64,000 nucleotides of DNA. It comes from Octopus sinensis (Eukaryota). This document shows, in pieces, positions 13,728 through 25,857 of this stretch; within the stretch, counting starts at the first letter, position 1, and every line of letters begins with the position of its first letter. Both the position numbers and the translations under genes were made by a program. The DNA lies in contig NC_043007.1 in assembly GCF_006345805.1 (NCBI RefSeq), forward strand, positions 36,022,001 through 36,086,000, written 5' to 3'. The notes beneath the pieces were generated by a model. It was given only the letters and a program-made list of their open reading frames with translations. It was not told the origin of the DNA and did no database searches.

Positions 13728-14548
13728 TACTGTCCAGATATCGAAGTCACAACCTAATGATTGCAGGGCCATACATCTCCACCAGTGATTTTAAAAAAAG
13801 GGTTCAAACTGCTAACTTAGAAAAGGAAGAGCAGTACCTATAATCTTTTCCTCTATTTCTGAGAATGGTGAAAAAAGAGACCTGACCCTAAATACTTTCT
13901 AAGAGTGTTTTGCTCAAGAACACAACGCGTCGCCCAGTCCTGGAATCGAAACCACAATCTTACGATCATGATGCTGATACCCTAACCACTAAACCACGCG
14001 CCTCCACACCTTTATTAAAAAGGTCAATCGAAAAAATGTTGACATTCAAGGGCCACGATAATAAAATAACACCACTTTTCCTCAATGCCGCGTAGGGAGA
14101 TCGTACGCGGAAGCACATAGTTGCGATGTGAACCTCTTAACCACCACTTGCTTGCGAATAACTCTAAGTAATTGCTGCTGTTGTTTAGTTCAGATCAGAC
14201 CTAAAAGATCGAAAACACCTATGATTAAAGCTGTTCCAGCTATGTTCATCTTATTTTTCCTTAAAGACAGCCTGTCAAGGACTGTATTGTTCAATATATT
14301 ATTCTCTTGTTGTAGACAGTAGAGTGTAGTTTTCCCATTGACTTTTGTTCTGTCTTTCTTTTTAAAGACTGTCGAGTATGATTTGACTGGCGAGTAAATT
14401 TGACTGGCGAGCCAATTCTACTGTGAGGCAAGCGACCGTTTCGAGAACAGTGTAAGGGAGATAATTATACCGTGCTTTTGGGAATGATTTTTCTGAGTTG
14501 CGTCCCATGGATAATGTCAACTTTTTTTCGAATGACCTTTTTAATAAA

Positions 14549-14815
14549 GGTGTGGAGGCGCGTGGTTTAGTGGTTAGGGTGTCAGCATCATGATCGTAAG
14601 ATTGTGGTTTCGATTCCAGGACTGGGCGACGCGTTGTGTTCTTGAGCAAAACACTTCATTTCACATTGCTCCAGTCCACTCAGCTGGCAAAAATGAGTAA
14701 CGCTGTGATGGACTGGCGCCCCGTCCAGCTGGGGAACACATACGCCATTGAAACCGGGAAACCGGGCCCACGAGCCTGGTTAGGCTTTAAAAGGGCGCAT
14801 TTATCTTATTTATAT
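14549..14815 (+). mobile_element. tRNA-headed SINE family D
   Basis: A-box TGGTTTAGTGGTTAGG, B-box GGTTTCGATTCC; paralog at 21762-22029. Confidence 0.85.
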
Positions 14816-15140
14816 TTTAATACAGGTAATTAATAGTAATGAGCTTACTTATGCAATCCTCATATAAAATACAAAAAATATAAAAGAAAGAGCAAAAAGC
14901 AGCAATAAGTTAAATAAAGCAACACAGCGATGATAGCCAACAAAGCAAAAGAGCCTTAAAGAGGAAAGAGTGCATAGGCACGTCAGGAACGTTGTTGAGT
15001 TCAGGAAGCATTGAATTTTTTAAGGATACATGCAATGTCGTGATGGTTAACAATCAATCCAAGTAGTTTATTTCAAGCTTCGAAAATTCTGAGCGCGAAA
15101 AGATTTTTGCGAAACTTAAGAGTATTGTAATAAATAATGA

Positions 15141-16185
15141 AATAATAATAATAATGAAATTATTGTATACAGTGCTCTGGTGCACCACAACTTGTCAGAA
15201 AGTGCGTATAGAATATATGCAGTAATGTACAAATGTCTGGAAAGCGAACAATGTATGAGTCAGATACATGCTTGTGTGTGTATGGAGGGGAGAAAATCAG
15301 GTGTAGTGTTGGCGAATCTCAGGAAGCATGGAAGTTTTGAAGGATGCAGTGCTCCGACAACTAACAACCGATGCCGGCAGTTTGTTCCATGCTTCAGCAA
15401 CTCTCAGCGTGAAAAATTGTTTCCTAAAGTCATGGGAGCTGTGCTGTTTTCTGACTTTGTAAATATGTCCACGGGTGTTAGACGGGTGAAGTTTGGTCTT
15501 ATATAAGGAAGTCCACAGATGTGGTAGAAGTATTGAATTCAGAAAGGTGACCAAAGTCGTCGTTGTTACAGTGCTCAGGTGCATCACAACTTGTCAGAAA
15601 GTGCGTATAAAGCATATGCAGTAATGTACAAATGTCTGGAAAGCGAACAGTGTATGAGTCAGATACATGCTTGCGTGTGTATGGAGGGGAGAAAATCAGG
15701 TGTAGTGTTGGCGAATCTCAGAAAGCATGGAAGTTTTGAAGGATGGAGTGCTCCGACAACTAACAACTGATGCCGGCAGTTTGTTCCATGCTTCAGCAAC
15801 TCTCAGCGTGAAAAAATGTTTCCTAAAGTCATGGGAGCTGTGCTGTTTTCTGACTTTGTAAACATGTCCACGGGTGTTAGACGGGTGAAGTTTGGTCTTA
15901 TAAGGAAGTCCACAGATGTGGTAGAAGTATTGAATTCAGAAAGGTGACCAAAGTCGTCGTTGTTGGAAAAGCGGTGGATAATTTTGTGGGCTTCCAACAA
16001 GTCAGCTGCTTGACATCGAAGCTTTAGTGTGTCGATGCCCAGTGAAACAAGACGTTCAAGATGAGGTAAGTGACCGATAGAGGTCATTCTTACGGTTGCA
16101 CATCTCAGGATAGCCTCCAGTAGACTGATATTCTGGAAAAGACCAGGGTTCCAGACTGGAGATGCAAATTGTTTGGACGTACCAT
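15141..16185 (-). pseudogene. CR1/L2-group LINE 3' fragment with a 399-bp internal tandem duplication
   Basis: Minus strand FASPVWNPG...ERLVSLGIDTLKLR...HKII (RT C-terminal region); same 3'UTR as 12766; AGTGCTC at 15171 and 15570. Confidence 0.85.
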
Positions 16186-16200
16186 AGTCATATATAGTTT

Positions 16201-16596
16201 TGGAGGCGCAATGGCCCACTGGTTAGGGCAGCGGACTCGCGGTCATAGGATCGCGGTTTCGATTCCCAGACCGGGCGTTGTGAGTGTTTATTGAGCGAAA
16301 ACACCTAAAAGCTCCACGAGGCTCCGGCAGGGGATGGTGGTGATCCCTGCTGTACTCTTTCACCACAACTTTCTCTCACTCTTACTTCCTGTTTCTGTTG
16401 TACCTGTATTTCAAGGGGCCGGCCTTATCACTCTCTGTGTCACGCTGAATATCCCGAGAACTATGTTAAGGGTGCACGTGTCTGTGGAGTGCTCAACCAC
16501 TTACACGTTAATTTCACGAGCAGGCTGTTCCGTTGATTCGGATCAACCGGAACCCTCATCGTCGTAACCGACGGAGTGCTTCCAAAAAAAAAAAAA
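16201..16596 (+). mobile_element. tRNA-headed SINE family A with poly(A)
   Basis: A-box TGGCCCACTGGTTAGG, B-box GGTTTCGATTCCC; ATATATAGTTTT duplicated at 16190-16201 and 16596-16607; paralog at 49343. Confidence 0.9.
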
Positions 16597-17464
16597 TATA
16601 TAGTTTTAAATAGACAGCATGTGAGCGGTTGACTTAGGTCTTATAATGTAACAGTAAGACATTTTAAGGCCTTTATGACGCTTTAAAAAATGTGATTCAT
16701 CCAAAGCAGACACACTCTCTCTCTTTCCTCTGTTTCCCTCCTGCTTCCCCCTGTCTCTCCTTTTTATTCGTTAATTATATTGTCTTATATTTTATGAAAT
16801 GACATCATTACGACTTTAGTTGTTTCTGTGAGTGTTAAAAATGTATAACGCTTGAAAATTTGAGTGTTAATAGTTCCTTTAAAAATTGTGTGAGTCACAA
16901 TACATCTAGATTTGTTATTTTTATTTGTCGGGCGAATCACCGAGGAGACGGTAACTCCAATGTAAAAACCTACAATTTGCTGCTCATCGTAGCCATCTTA
17001 GTCCGCTGAGCCACTGTAGTCAGACTTTCATGTCTAACGAGTGGGTTCAGAATGCATGGACTGCCTCATTTAATTACTAAACGCAGTAAGGAAGAAAACT
17101 CATGCAGTGTCAAGGATCGGTTTACATTGCCAGTTGAGAGTATTGCTCTCTTCTTAATGATTTTCAGACAAGAAGAAACTGCCATCATTATTCATGTAGT
17201 ATGTTCTTTTATTGACCTAAGCCAAGTGTTTTCCCGGGTATTTATCTTCTATTATAGTTCCAATCATATCTAGAAATATCAAGTCGATTCCTAGCACTTG
17301 ATAGTCTCTTAATTATTATTGAAATTCTCTCGGTTTCAAAAAGCAAAAGTTTTACCTCGGCAAGATTTGAACTAAGAATGTAAAGAGCCGTAGCCAAATT
17401 AGTTACGGCTCTTTACATGTCAGTTTGTCCGACGCTCTATCAGTTTTGCCAATCTACTTTCATA

Positions 17465-17978
17465 GAACAAAGAGGAGAGGTTGGTGAAAAATTCAAACTT
17501 GCTATCTTCAATGTGCTTTTGCATCTGTCCTCTCTTATGGTCATGAATGCTGGGTAATGACTGAAAGAATACGATCGTGAATGAAATTGGACAAAATAGG
17601 ATTCCGATGGAAGATATGTAGAGCAACGTAACTCGACAGGGTGCGTAGCTTTGAGATCAGGGAGTCTCTCCAGGTTGAGCCGCTACTTCTCTGCATTGAG
17701 AGATCAAAGCTCCGGTAATAAGGGAACGAGATTAGAATGTTGCAGCAAAGAATCCCAAGACGGATTATTCAAGTCGAACCAACCAGCAGGTGACCTAACG
17801 GCAGATCAAGAACGAGATGGTTGGATGATATCCATAGTCTCAGTAGTGCACACTTGAGAATCCAGCCCGAAAATCTAATGGCAGTTGCTTCTGATAGGAC
17901 CCTATGGAAGAGGTGCCTGAGGAATCTACCCTCACGACCGTCTCAGGAGTATTGGGCAGAGAAAATAGATGGATGGAT
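17465..17978 (+). pseudogene. RTE (Expander/Rex3-like) LINE 3' remnant
   Basis: VLSYGHECWVMTER...EPLLLCIERSKLR...GRSRTRW...DRTLWKR, then a (GATG)n tail. Confidence 0.75.
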
Positions 17979-18061
17979 ATCAACTAGCAAAAAGTAGACA
18001 ATAGAAAGTTATAATATATAGTAGATTTTAAAGGACGGACAATAAGAGAAAGAATGTGTGC

Positions 18062-18133
<72 letters not shown>

Positions 18134-18419
18134 CAGTGGTACAAATATATTTAAGCTCACGCAGTTATGCTTTGTCATTCGCTAAACATTATTAACATAT
18201 AAATTTAATGTGAAAGTTTCAATTGAAACATGGCTTGATGAAAATGATGAATGTGAATTATAACTGTCTTCAAGCTATCAATCATACACACATATACTCA
18301 TACATACACGCGCACACACACTCACACACACACACGCACTCACACACATGTTCGTCTGTGTGTGTATGTGTATATGATTTATAGCTCGAAGACATTTATA
18401 CACACACATACACATACAT

Positions 18420-18955
<536 letters not shown>

Positions 18956-19221
18956 AGTTGTCTGTTTCTGCTGATGACCAAACAGACAAACTCAACCGGC
19001 AACAAACAAAGAAGCCATTAAAACGCCCACACTGGTTATAAATGGCCAAAGCCTTACATTCTCTGTAACATTGCCAAAACCTCTTCCCAGCGACTCAACT
19101 TCTTCCTTAGAGCTAGAAAATACTTTGTTTTCTTTATCTTTTGTTTCAGTCATTGGACTGCGACCATGCTGGATTCACTTATAAGGCTTTGGTCATCCGG
19201 CGCTATAGTAGAAGGCATTTG

Positions 19222-19625
19222 GGATCTTTTCGGTTTGAACGGCAGTTTTTTAAAATAATTTCCACGTAACTAAACACTTTTAAACTTCGTATACTGGTAG
19301 AATGTGTTTATAAAACATCTTTTTCTCTTGGCTTTATTGAGAAAATTCTATCGTTTGTAAGATATTTGTTGTTTTTTTTCTTCAATTTCTGCAATTTCAA
19401 CCAATCAATGACGTCTATTGAGGTGAAAACATTCTGTGTCGTATGAATATGTCCCTCGTTTAAGAAACAGATTGGATTTATTTTCATTTGTGAAGAAAAA
19501 AAGATACCCTTCTCCTAACCCTAAAACAGTTTGAAATGCAATAGATCGATACTAGGGTCATAATTATGGCTGACAATTTTATATGACACCGCTAGAAAAA
19601 ACTGCCGTTCAAACCGAAAAGATCC
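19222..19625. mobile_element. hAT-type MITE
   Basis: Perfect TIR GGATCTTTTCGGTTTGAACGGCAGTTTTT; 8-bp TSD GGCATTTG at 19214-19221 and 19626-19633. Confidence 0.93.
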
Positions 19626-20017
19626 GGCATTTGTCTAAATGCTGCGTCGTAAGGTTGAATCATACATTTAATTTATTTCGCAAATTGTGAACAATAGCGT
19701 CGTTGTTAGCAAATCAGAAACTGGTTCACTGAATTTCTGTTGGCAAAAACAACAGAGAGAGAACGAATACAGAACCGTCTTAATGTATGGGCATACAGGG
19801 CACTCGTGTAGACCCCGTAGGTTCGAGAGGGAAGAGTAATAAACCTAATCTATGTATGCTGTGGATGTGTTTGTAGGTTTCCCGGTGCATCGGTTTTCTC
19901 GGAAGTGAAGATCCGACCTGAATGAATGTTTGTAACTTGCTTTTCAAAGCACCTCATTCATTCCTAAAGTACTGGATATTTTTTTTGTTCTCCAACCGGT
20001 ATCGATAATCTCCGCCA

Positions 20018-20269
<252 letters not shown>

Positions 20270-20479
20270 CTATGACGCCCCCCACCCACACACACATCGT
20301 CAGTAGATCATATATCCGAAAAAGAAGCACACTCTAAACGTTAGAGCAATAATATATTTACAGGAAGTTAATTATATGGCCGGTCATGGAGTAACCAATG
20401 ATTTCGCATCCATGAAGCGCGTAGCCTTATAGACGGCCATTGGTCACCCTATGACTGGCTATATAATTAACTTCCTACA

Positions 20480-20532
<53 letters not shown>

Positions 20533-20668
20533 ATATATTGTGAAATAGAAAGATGAATAATCTTGTTGCAGATTAATCAAAAGTTTAACCGATACCTTGG
20601 AGCCTCGTTCGATTTGTTTTGCTCCGCCTCTGTTCTGTTTTTGTTTTTTCCAACGGATTTCCTATTTC

Positions 20669-20748
20669 TTCCTGAAGAGAAAGACACAATATGGTCTCCT
20701 TATTCAATCGGAATTTGGTAAATTGTGCCTTTCGAAACACGTGTAGAA
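20669..20748 (+). ncRNA. Minimal type I hammerhead ribozyme motif (Penelope-like element type)
   Basis: UUC-CUGAAGA-[GAAAGACACAAU...AUUGUGCCUUUC, 11/12 bp]-GAAAC-ACGU-GUA|GAA; AATAAA follows. Confidence 0.75.
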
Positions 20749-20829
20749 TGCAATAAAACGATTTCTGTTCAATCTTCGTTCAACTCCATTTCTTCAATTG
20801 ACTAATAATATTATATAATATATATATAT

Positions 20830-20881
<52 letters not shown>

Positions 20882-21095
20882 CAGAGCTGGGCATAAGTCC
20901 GTTAATCCGTTAATTAACGAAGTTGACATTTTCGTTAACGATTTAACTTTTACGTTAACTTTGAAAGGGGAATAGTAGAAATCAGCAAGACTTTTCTGAA
21001 GTTTAACATATAACACTTTTCTTTTTGTTAGTATCCGAATTCCAGTGACGGAGCTTCGTTTCTGTGTTAGAAACCAACTTCCTCCTTGCACGAAA
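20882..21095. mobile_element. Possible hAT-like DNA transposon end
   Basis: Begins CAGAGCTGGGC...TAATCCGTTAATTAACG after a (TA)n run; no partner TIR found. Confidence 0.3.
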
Positions 21096-21102
21096 GATTC
21101 AA

Positions 21103-21511
21103 TACTCTTTACTTGTTTCAGTCATTTGACTGTGGCCATGCCTTTAGTCGAGCCAATCGACCCCAGAACTTATTCTTTGTAAGCCTAGTACTTATTCTAT
21201 CGGTTTCTTTTTGCCGAACCGCTAAATTACGGGGATGTAAACACACCAGCATCGGTTGTCAAGCGATGTTGGGGGGTGGGTGGACAAACACAGACACACA
21301 AACATATATATACGCACACAGACATGCATATATAGATTTATATACATATATACGACGGGCTTCTTTCAGTTTCCGTCTACCATATCCACTCACAAGGCTT
21401 TGGTCGGCCCGAGGCTATAGTAGAAAACACTTGCCCAAGGTGCCACGCAGTGGGACTGAACCAGAAACCATGTGGTTAGTAAGCAAGCTACTTACCACAC
21501 AGCTACACCTA
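21103..21511 (-). mobile_element. CORE-like SINE family C
   Basis: Aligns to 46334 and 48448 copies. Confidence 0.85.
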
Positions 21512-21761
21512 AAAAGAAAGAGAAATCCCACACACTAAAAAACATAAAACGCACACACACATACACGCACAGTCGCGCGCGTACGCACGCACACACATGA
21601 TGGGCTTTTGTACGCCTAATTCTACTCCCAAGGCATTGATTAAACCAAAGTTGTGGTTTACAGGAGGTCGGGTTGCTCCCCCAACGACGCAGATGAGATG
21701 TGAACTTCTTAACCAGTCAGTCATGCGCGTTTCCGATTATCTTCACTTCAGGCGTGCTTAG

Positions 21762-22029
21762 AAAAATAAAAATAAATAAATGCGCCCTTTTTAAAGCCTA
21801 GCCAGGCTCATGGGCCCGGTTTCCCGGTTTCTATGGCGTATGTGTTCCCCAGCTGGACGGGACGTCAGTCCATCACAGCGTTACTCATTTTTGCCAGCTG
21901 AGTGGACTGGAGCAACGTGAAATGAAGTGTTTTGCTCAAGAACACAACGCGTCGCCATGTCGAGGAATCGAAACCACAATCTTACGATCATGATGCTGAC
22001 ACCCTAACCACTAAGCCACGCGCCCCCAC
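21762..22029 (-). mobile_element. tRNA-headed SINE family D
   Basis: Reverse-complement paralog of 14549-14815. Confidence 0.85.
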
Positions 22030-22989
22030 GCGTACTTCGAAATCGATCCATATACAACGTTCAAGGCCCGTTATGTAACACTACTCGCATATCTGGCATA
22101 GTGGTGCTGGTGATGCTACTATTGATGTTATGTCCCATAACCTTGGCCTTTATCACCAGACTCTCAACCATTAAGCATTTGTTTTATTCTCTGCTTTATT
22201 TATAGTGAATTCTCCGTCGGTTTGGACGATAAACAGCCCGTCGTCCGACAACCTGATTTCCCAACGGTGAAATTAACTCGTAATCAGCTGGTTTTAGGTC
22301 GGGAAGTCCGAGAGAGTTTCTCTATCTGCTCGCGATTACAGAGGCATGTATAACAATTAACAAAGCATGGTACAAATTACTGAAGATTTCGAGTGGTGGC
22401 TATAGTTTAACAGTGTCGTTAATTAATGGCTTATAACAATATCTTGGTCACATCGTTACCGAGTTTCGGCATTATGTATCTCCAGGGGTCGATTCTAATA
22501 CGTGGATTATTGACGAAGTGTCTCTTACAATTAGCCTCAGGTTGACCCAAACCTTGTAAGTGAAACTGGATAGACGGAAACTTTGTGAAAGTCCGACCAA
22601 CAGATTATGCCTGATCTTCAAAGATCCAATCACGTCTCACAGTGTATCACACTGATTCTGGTCGAGAATAACACTAAGGGTATACGTGTCTGTGGAATAC
22701 TCAGCCACTTACACGTTAATTTAATGAGTACATAGTCTAGTTGATCGAACAACTGATTGCTCATCGCCAAAATCGACACAGAACCTATAATTTAGCGATG
22801 ACGCAAAACGCACAAATCGACCTCAATATATGATTGATACTTTATTTTACTGACCTTGAAAAGATGAAAGGCAAAATTAAACTGGGTGGGATTTGATCCT
22901 AGAACGTAAAGTTGAAGGTTAAGATAGGATATAGAAGTCCACTACTGGGTATATCTCTCTTTATACTAGAAAGTGTTTTTCGTAATACC

Positions 22990-23221
22990 TATTTCTTTAC
23001 TACCCACAAGGGGCTAAACACAGAGAGGACAAACAAGGAGGGACAAACGGATTAAGTCGATTACATCGACCCCAGTGCGTAACTGGTACTTATTTTATCG
23101 ACCCCGAAAGGATGAAAGGCAAAGTCGACCTCGGCGGAATTTGAACTCAGAACGTAGCGGCAGACGAAATACCGCTAAGCATTTTGCCCGGCGTGCTAAC
23201 GTTTCTGCCAGCTCACCGCCT
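22990..23221 (-). mobile_element. SINE family M (body CTTTGCCTTTCATCCTTTCGGGGTCGATAAA), tail A
   Basis: B-box GAGTTCAAATTCC; 16-bp TSD TGTTTTTCGTAATACC at 22974-22989 and 23222-23237. Confidence 0.9.
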
Positions 23222-23442
23222 TGTTTTTCGTAATACCACTGAGACGTTAACGCTGCTGTGTTGTTAACTCGACGCTGACAAGTCCTCTGTCAGTCATAAT
23301 ACTCATTTTTGCTAGCTGGGTGGACTAAAGCGCTTTGCCCATTGGAACACAATGTGCTCCCCTGACTGGAATTCGAGAACCGGGTAGCCTATGCATTTGC
23401 TCAAATGCCTTCTCAAGAACGTATTTGATCGTAACTAATTAC

Positions 23443-23893
23443 GGATCTTTTCGGTTTGACCGGCAGTTTTTTCTAACGGTGTCATATGAAATTGTCACCC
23501 ATAATTATGACCCTAGTATCGATCTATTGCATTTCAATCTGTTTTAGGGTTAGGGTTAGAGTTAGGGTTAGTTAGGGTTAGGATTAGGATTAGGGGTGGG
23601 GGGAAGGGAATCTTTTTTTCTTCAGAAATGTAAATAAACCCAATCTGTTTCTTAAACGAGGGACATATTCATACGGCACAGAATGTTTTTCACCTCAATA
23701 GACGTCATTGGTTGGTTGAAATTGCAGAAATTGAAGAAAAAAATAACAAATATCTTACAAACTATAGAATTTTCTCAATAAAGCCAAGAACAAAAAATAT
23801 TTTATAAACACATTCTACAATTATACGAAGTTTAAAAGTGTTTAGTTACGTGGAAATTATTTTAAAAAACTGCCGTTCAAACCGAAGGGATCC
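23443..23893. mobile_element. hAT-type MITE with expanded TTAGGG tract
   Basis: Same TIRs as 19222; flanked by ~93-bp direct repeats instead of an 8-bp TSD. Confidence 0.9.
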
Positions 23894-24134
23894 CAATGTG
23901 CTCCCCTGACTGGAATTCGAGAACCAGGTAGTCTATTCATTGCTCAAATGCCTTCTCAAGAACATATTTAATCGTAACTAATTACTTCAAAGCATTCTAT
24001 CGATTCTGCCAATCTTTTGCCCTCTTCTGTTTAATTAGTGAAGTAACACAAAGAAACAAGACAGGACTGAGTTTCCCATCCTGTATACAGTACTGTGCCG
24101 CAGTGAATAAATTTTTAACAATCACCAACTAATA

Positions 24135-24994
24135 CGAGGAGGTGTTGAAAAGTTCCTGGGTTTAAGGGTGTCGCGAAAGGCCTAGCTGGAGGCCCAACCT
24201 TCCCGGTTTTTTTTTACAGGGTCTAGAAAAACTGAAGTACCACTGCAATAAAAATCTGAGAGAGGAATATCTATATATATAAAAGTGAGGTTGTGTGGTG
24301 TCTGTCTCCTACGATTTAGATTCCTAACTACTCCCACATTTTGCGGTGCAGTTTAACCAAAAGCGGGTATCTTATAGACGTGATTCATATCGAGCCCTTC
24401 TGGGTATTAGCGCGCGTCTACGATGAGTCTACGATTAAAAAAAAATTTACCATAATTTTTTCCCATTTTTAATGCATTTTTGGCATATATAAGGGAAGTA
24501 ACTCTCTAAAAATTTATTATTAAATCTCAGAACGTAAAAAGCTTCAGTAACACCCCCACTTTGTGGTTAGCCATATTGAGATGGCTATTATACTTTACAT
24601 CTCTAAAAATGCTTATATAGTTATTTCCCTTACAAACCCGAGCAACGCCGGGCGATACTGCTAGTGTTGAATAAAATCATAATTTACTGATCTTCCTGTT
24701 TTGATACCCCATATGTCAAAATCTGTAACTCGGTTTTGGAAAGCATAAAGACTATATAATATCAATAAGGCAGACCTCTACATGGTAGCCAGACCTGGTA
24801 GAAATAGCAGCCAAATCTCCCTCAAAACACCCTACTGTCTTAATCCGACAATTCTGCTTATTATGTAGTTTTAATGAGAAACTGTAACACAAGATTAAAA
24901 TTATTAACCCCACAGAGAGAGGAAAGAAGTGAGACAGCATAGTGACGGTTTTGGCTGACTGTCATTCTGCCAAGAACTTTTCAGCACTTCCTAG
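24135..24994. mobile_element. mariner-derived MITE hosting a Helitron and other insertions
   Basis: TA|CGAGGAGGTGTTGAAAAGTTCCTGG ... CCAAGAACTTTTCAGCACTTCCTAG|TA; internal LEKLKYHCNK and GEYVE* (split by the Helitron) resemble a mariner transposase C-terminus. Confidence 0.65.
24270..24664 (+). mobile_element. Non-autonomous Helitron
   Basis: A|TCTATATATAT start; CCCGAGCAACGCCGGG hairpin 8 nt before CTAG|T; no TSD. Confidence 0.85.
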
Positions 24995-25565
24995 TACAAT
25001 TCAGCCCAGCTGTTGCTTCATACCTCACCTCCGCCTTCTCTGTTCATCTCTGGATGATTAGAGAAAATGATTCATTTAATTTATGCCGATCTCAAAATTA
25101 CATTAAATTACAATGCAAAACCGAAAAAAACAAAAAAAACAGATAGTTAATTAACAAAATCGTTAAAGCTACCGGATAACTTGCCTTTGTGGTACTCGTT
25201 TCGGCTCTCTGCACGCTGAGGTCAATTTTGCCTTTTATCTCTCAGGAAACGATATAATAAAGTACGAATCTAGTACTTTATTATATCGATTTCATCAATT
25301 AAACTCCTGCCCTCAAAATTTAGGCCCTGTGTCTACCATAGAAACAAATATTTAGAGTGGTGAATTGGCAGAATCGTTAAAGCGACAGTTGAAATGGCGT
25401 GTAGTATTCATTCTAATTCACTGCGTTCTGAGTTCAAATCGCACCGACGTCAACTTTACCTTTGCTTTTATTCTTTCAAAGTCGACAAATAAGTTACCAA
25501 AATTGGAGTAAATTCTTCGCATTGTCTCTGGATCGTACCAGCAATTTAAAGTGTCCAGTTGTTAC

Positions 25566-25803
25566 TGTTATATAATCATCACAACAAACATGAACAATCA
25601 ACGTCGCCCATTGTCTCCCTTGATAAAAGGACTTTCACTTTGTTTCCCGCCAAAACAATTAACTTGTACAACAACGGCAGTCGAATAAAGTATCTTGTAT
25701 CGTTAACACGTTGTTTCAGTCTCTCTCATTTTCTTAATCTTTCATACTAAGTACTCACTACTTCCTTTAATACTCAATACATTATATATATATAACAACA
25801 ACA
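25566..25803 (+). repeat. 5' LTR
   Basis: Identical by eye to 29858-30095. Confidence 0.97.
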
Positions 25804-25814
25804 TGGTGTCAGAA
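25804..25814 (+). promoter_or_regulatory. Primer binding site, probably tRNA-Leu
   Basis: TGGTGTCAGAA immediately after the 5' LTR; complementary to the 3' end ...TTCTGACACCA of metazoan tRNA-Leu(CAG/CAA). Confidence 0.7.
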
Positions 25815-25857
25815 TACTAAAAGAACCCAAAATACAGAAACCAAAGGAAAAAAGAAG

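Noticed and set aside
16201-16280. tRNA-like sequences (also near 5830, 14550, 43230, 49650)
   Set aside because: These are SINE heads with A/B boxes that continue into SINE bodies; no convincing cloverleaf, so not tRNA genes.
23544-23603. Telomere or chromosome-fusion site
   Set aside because: Short, degenerate and located inside a MITE at a position shared by other copies.
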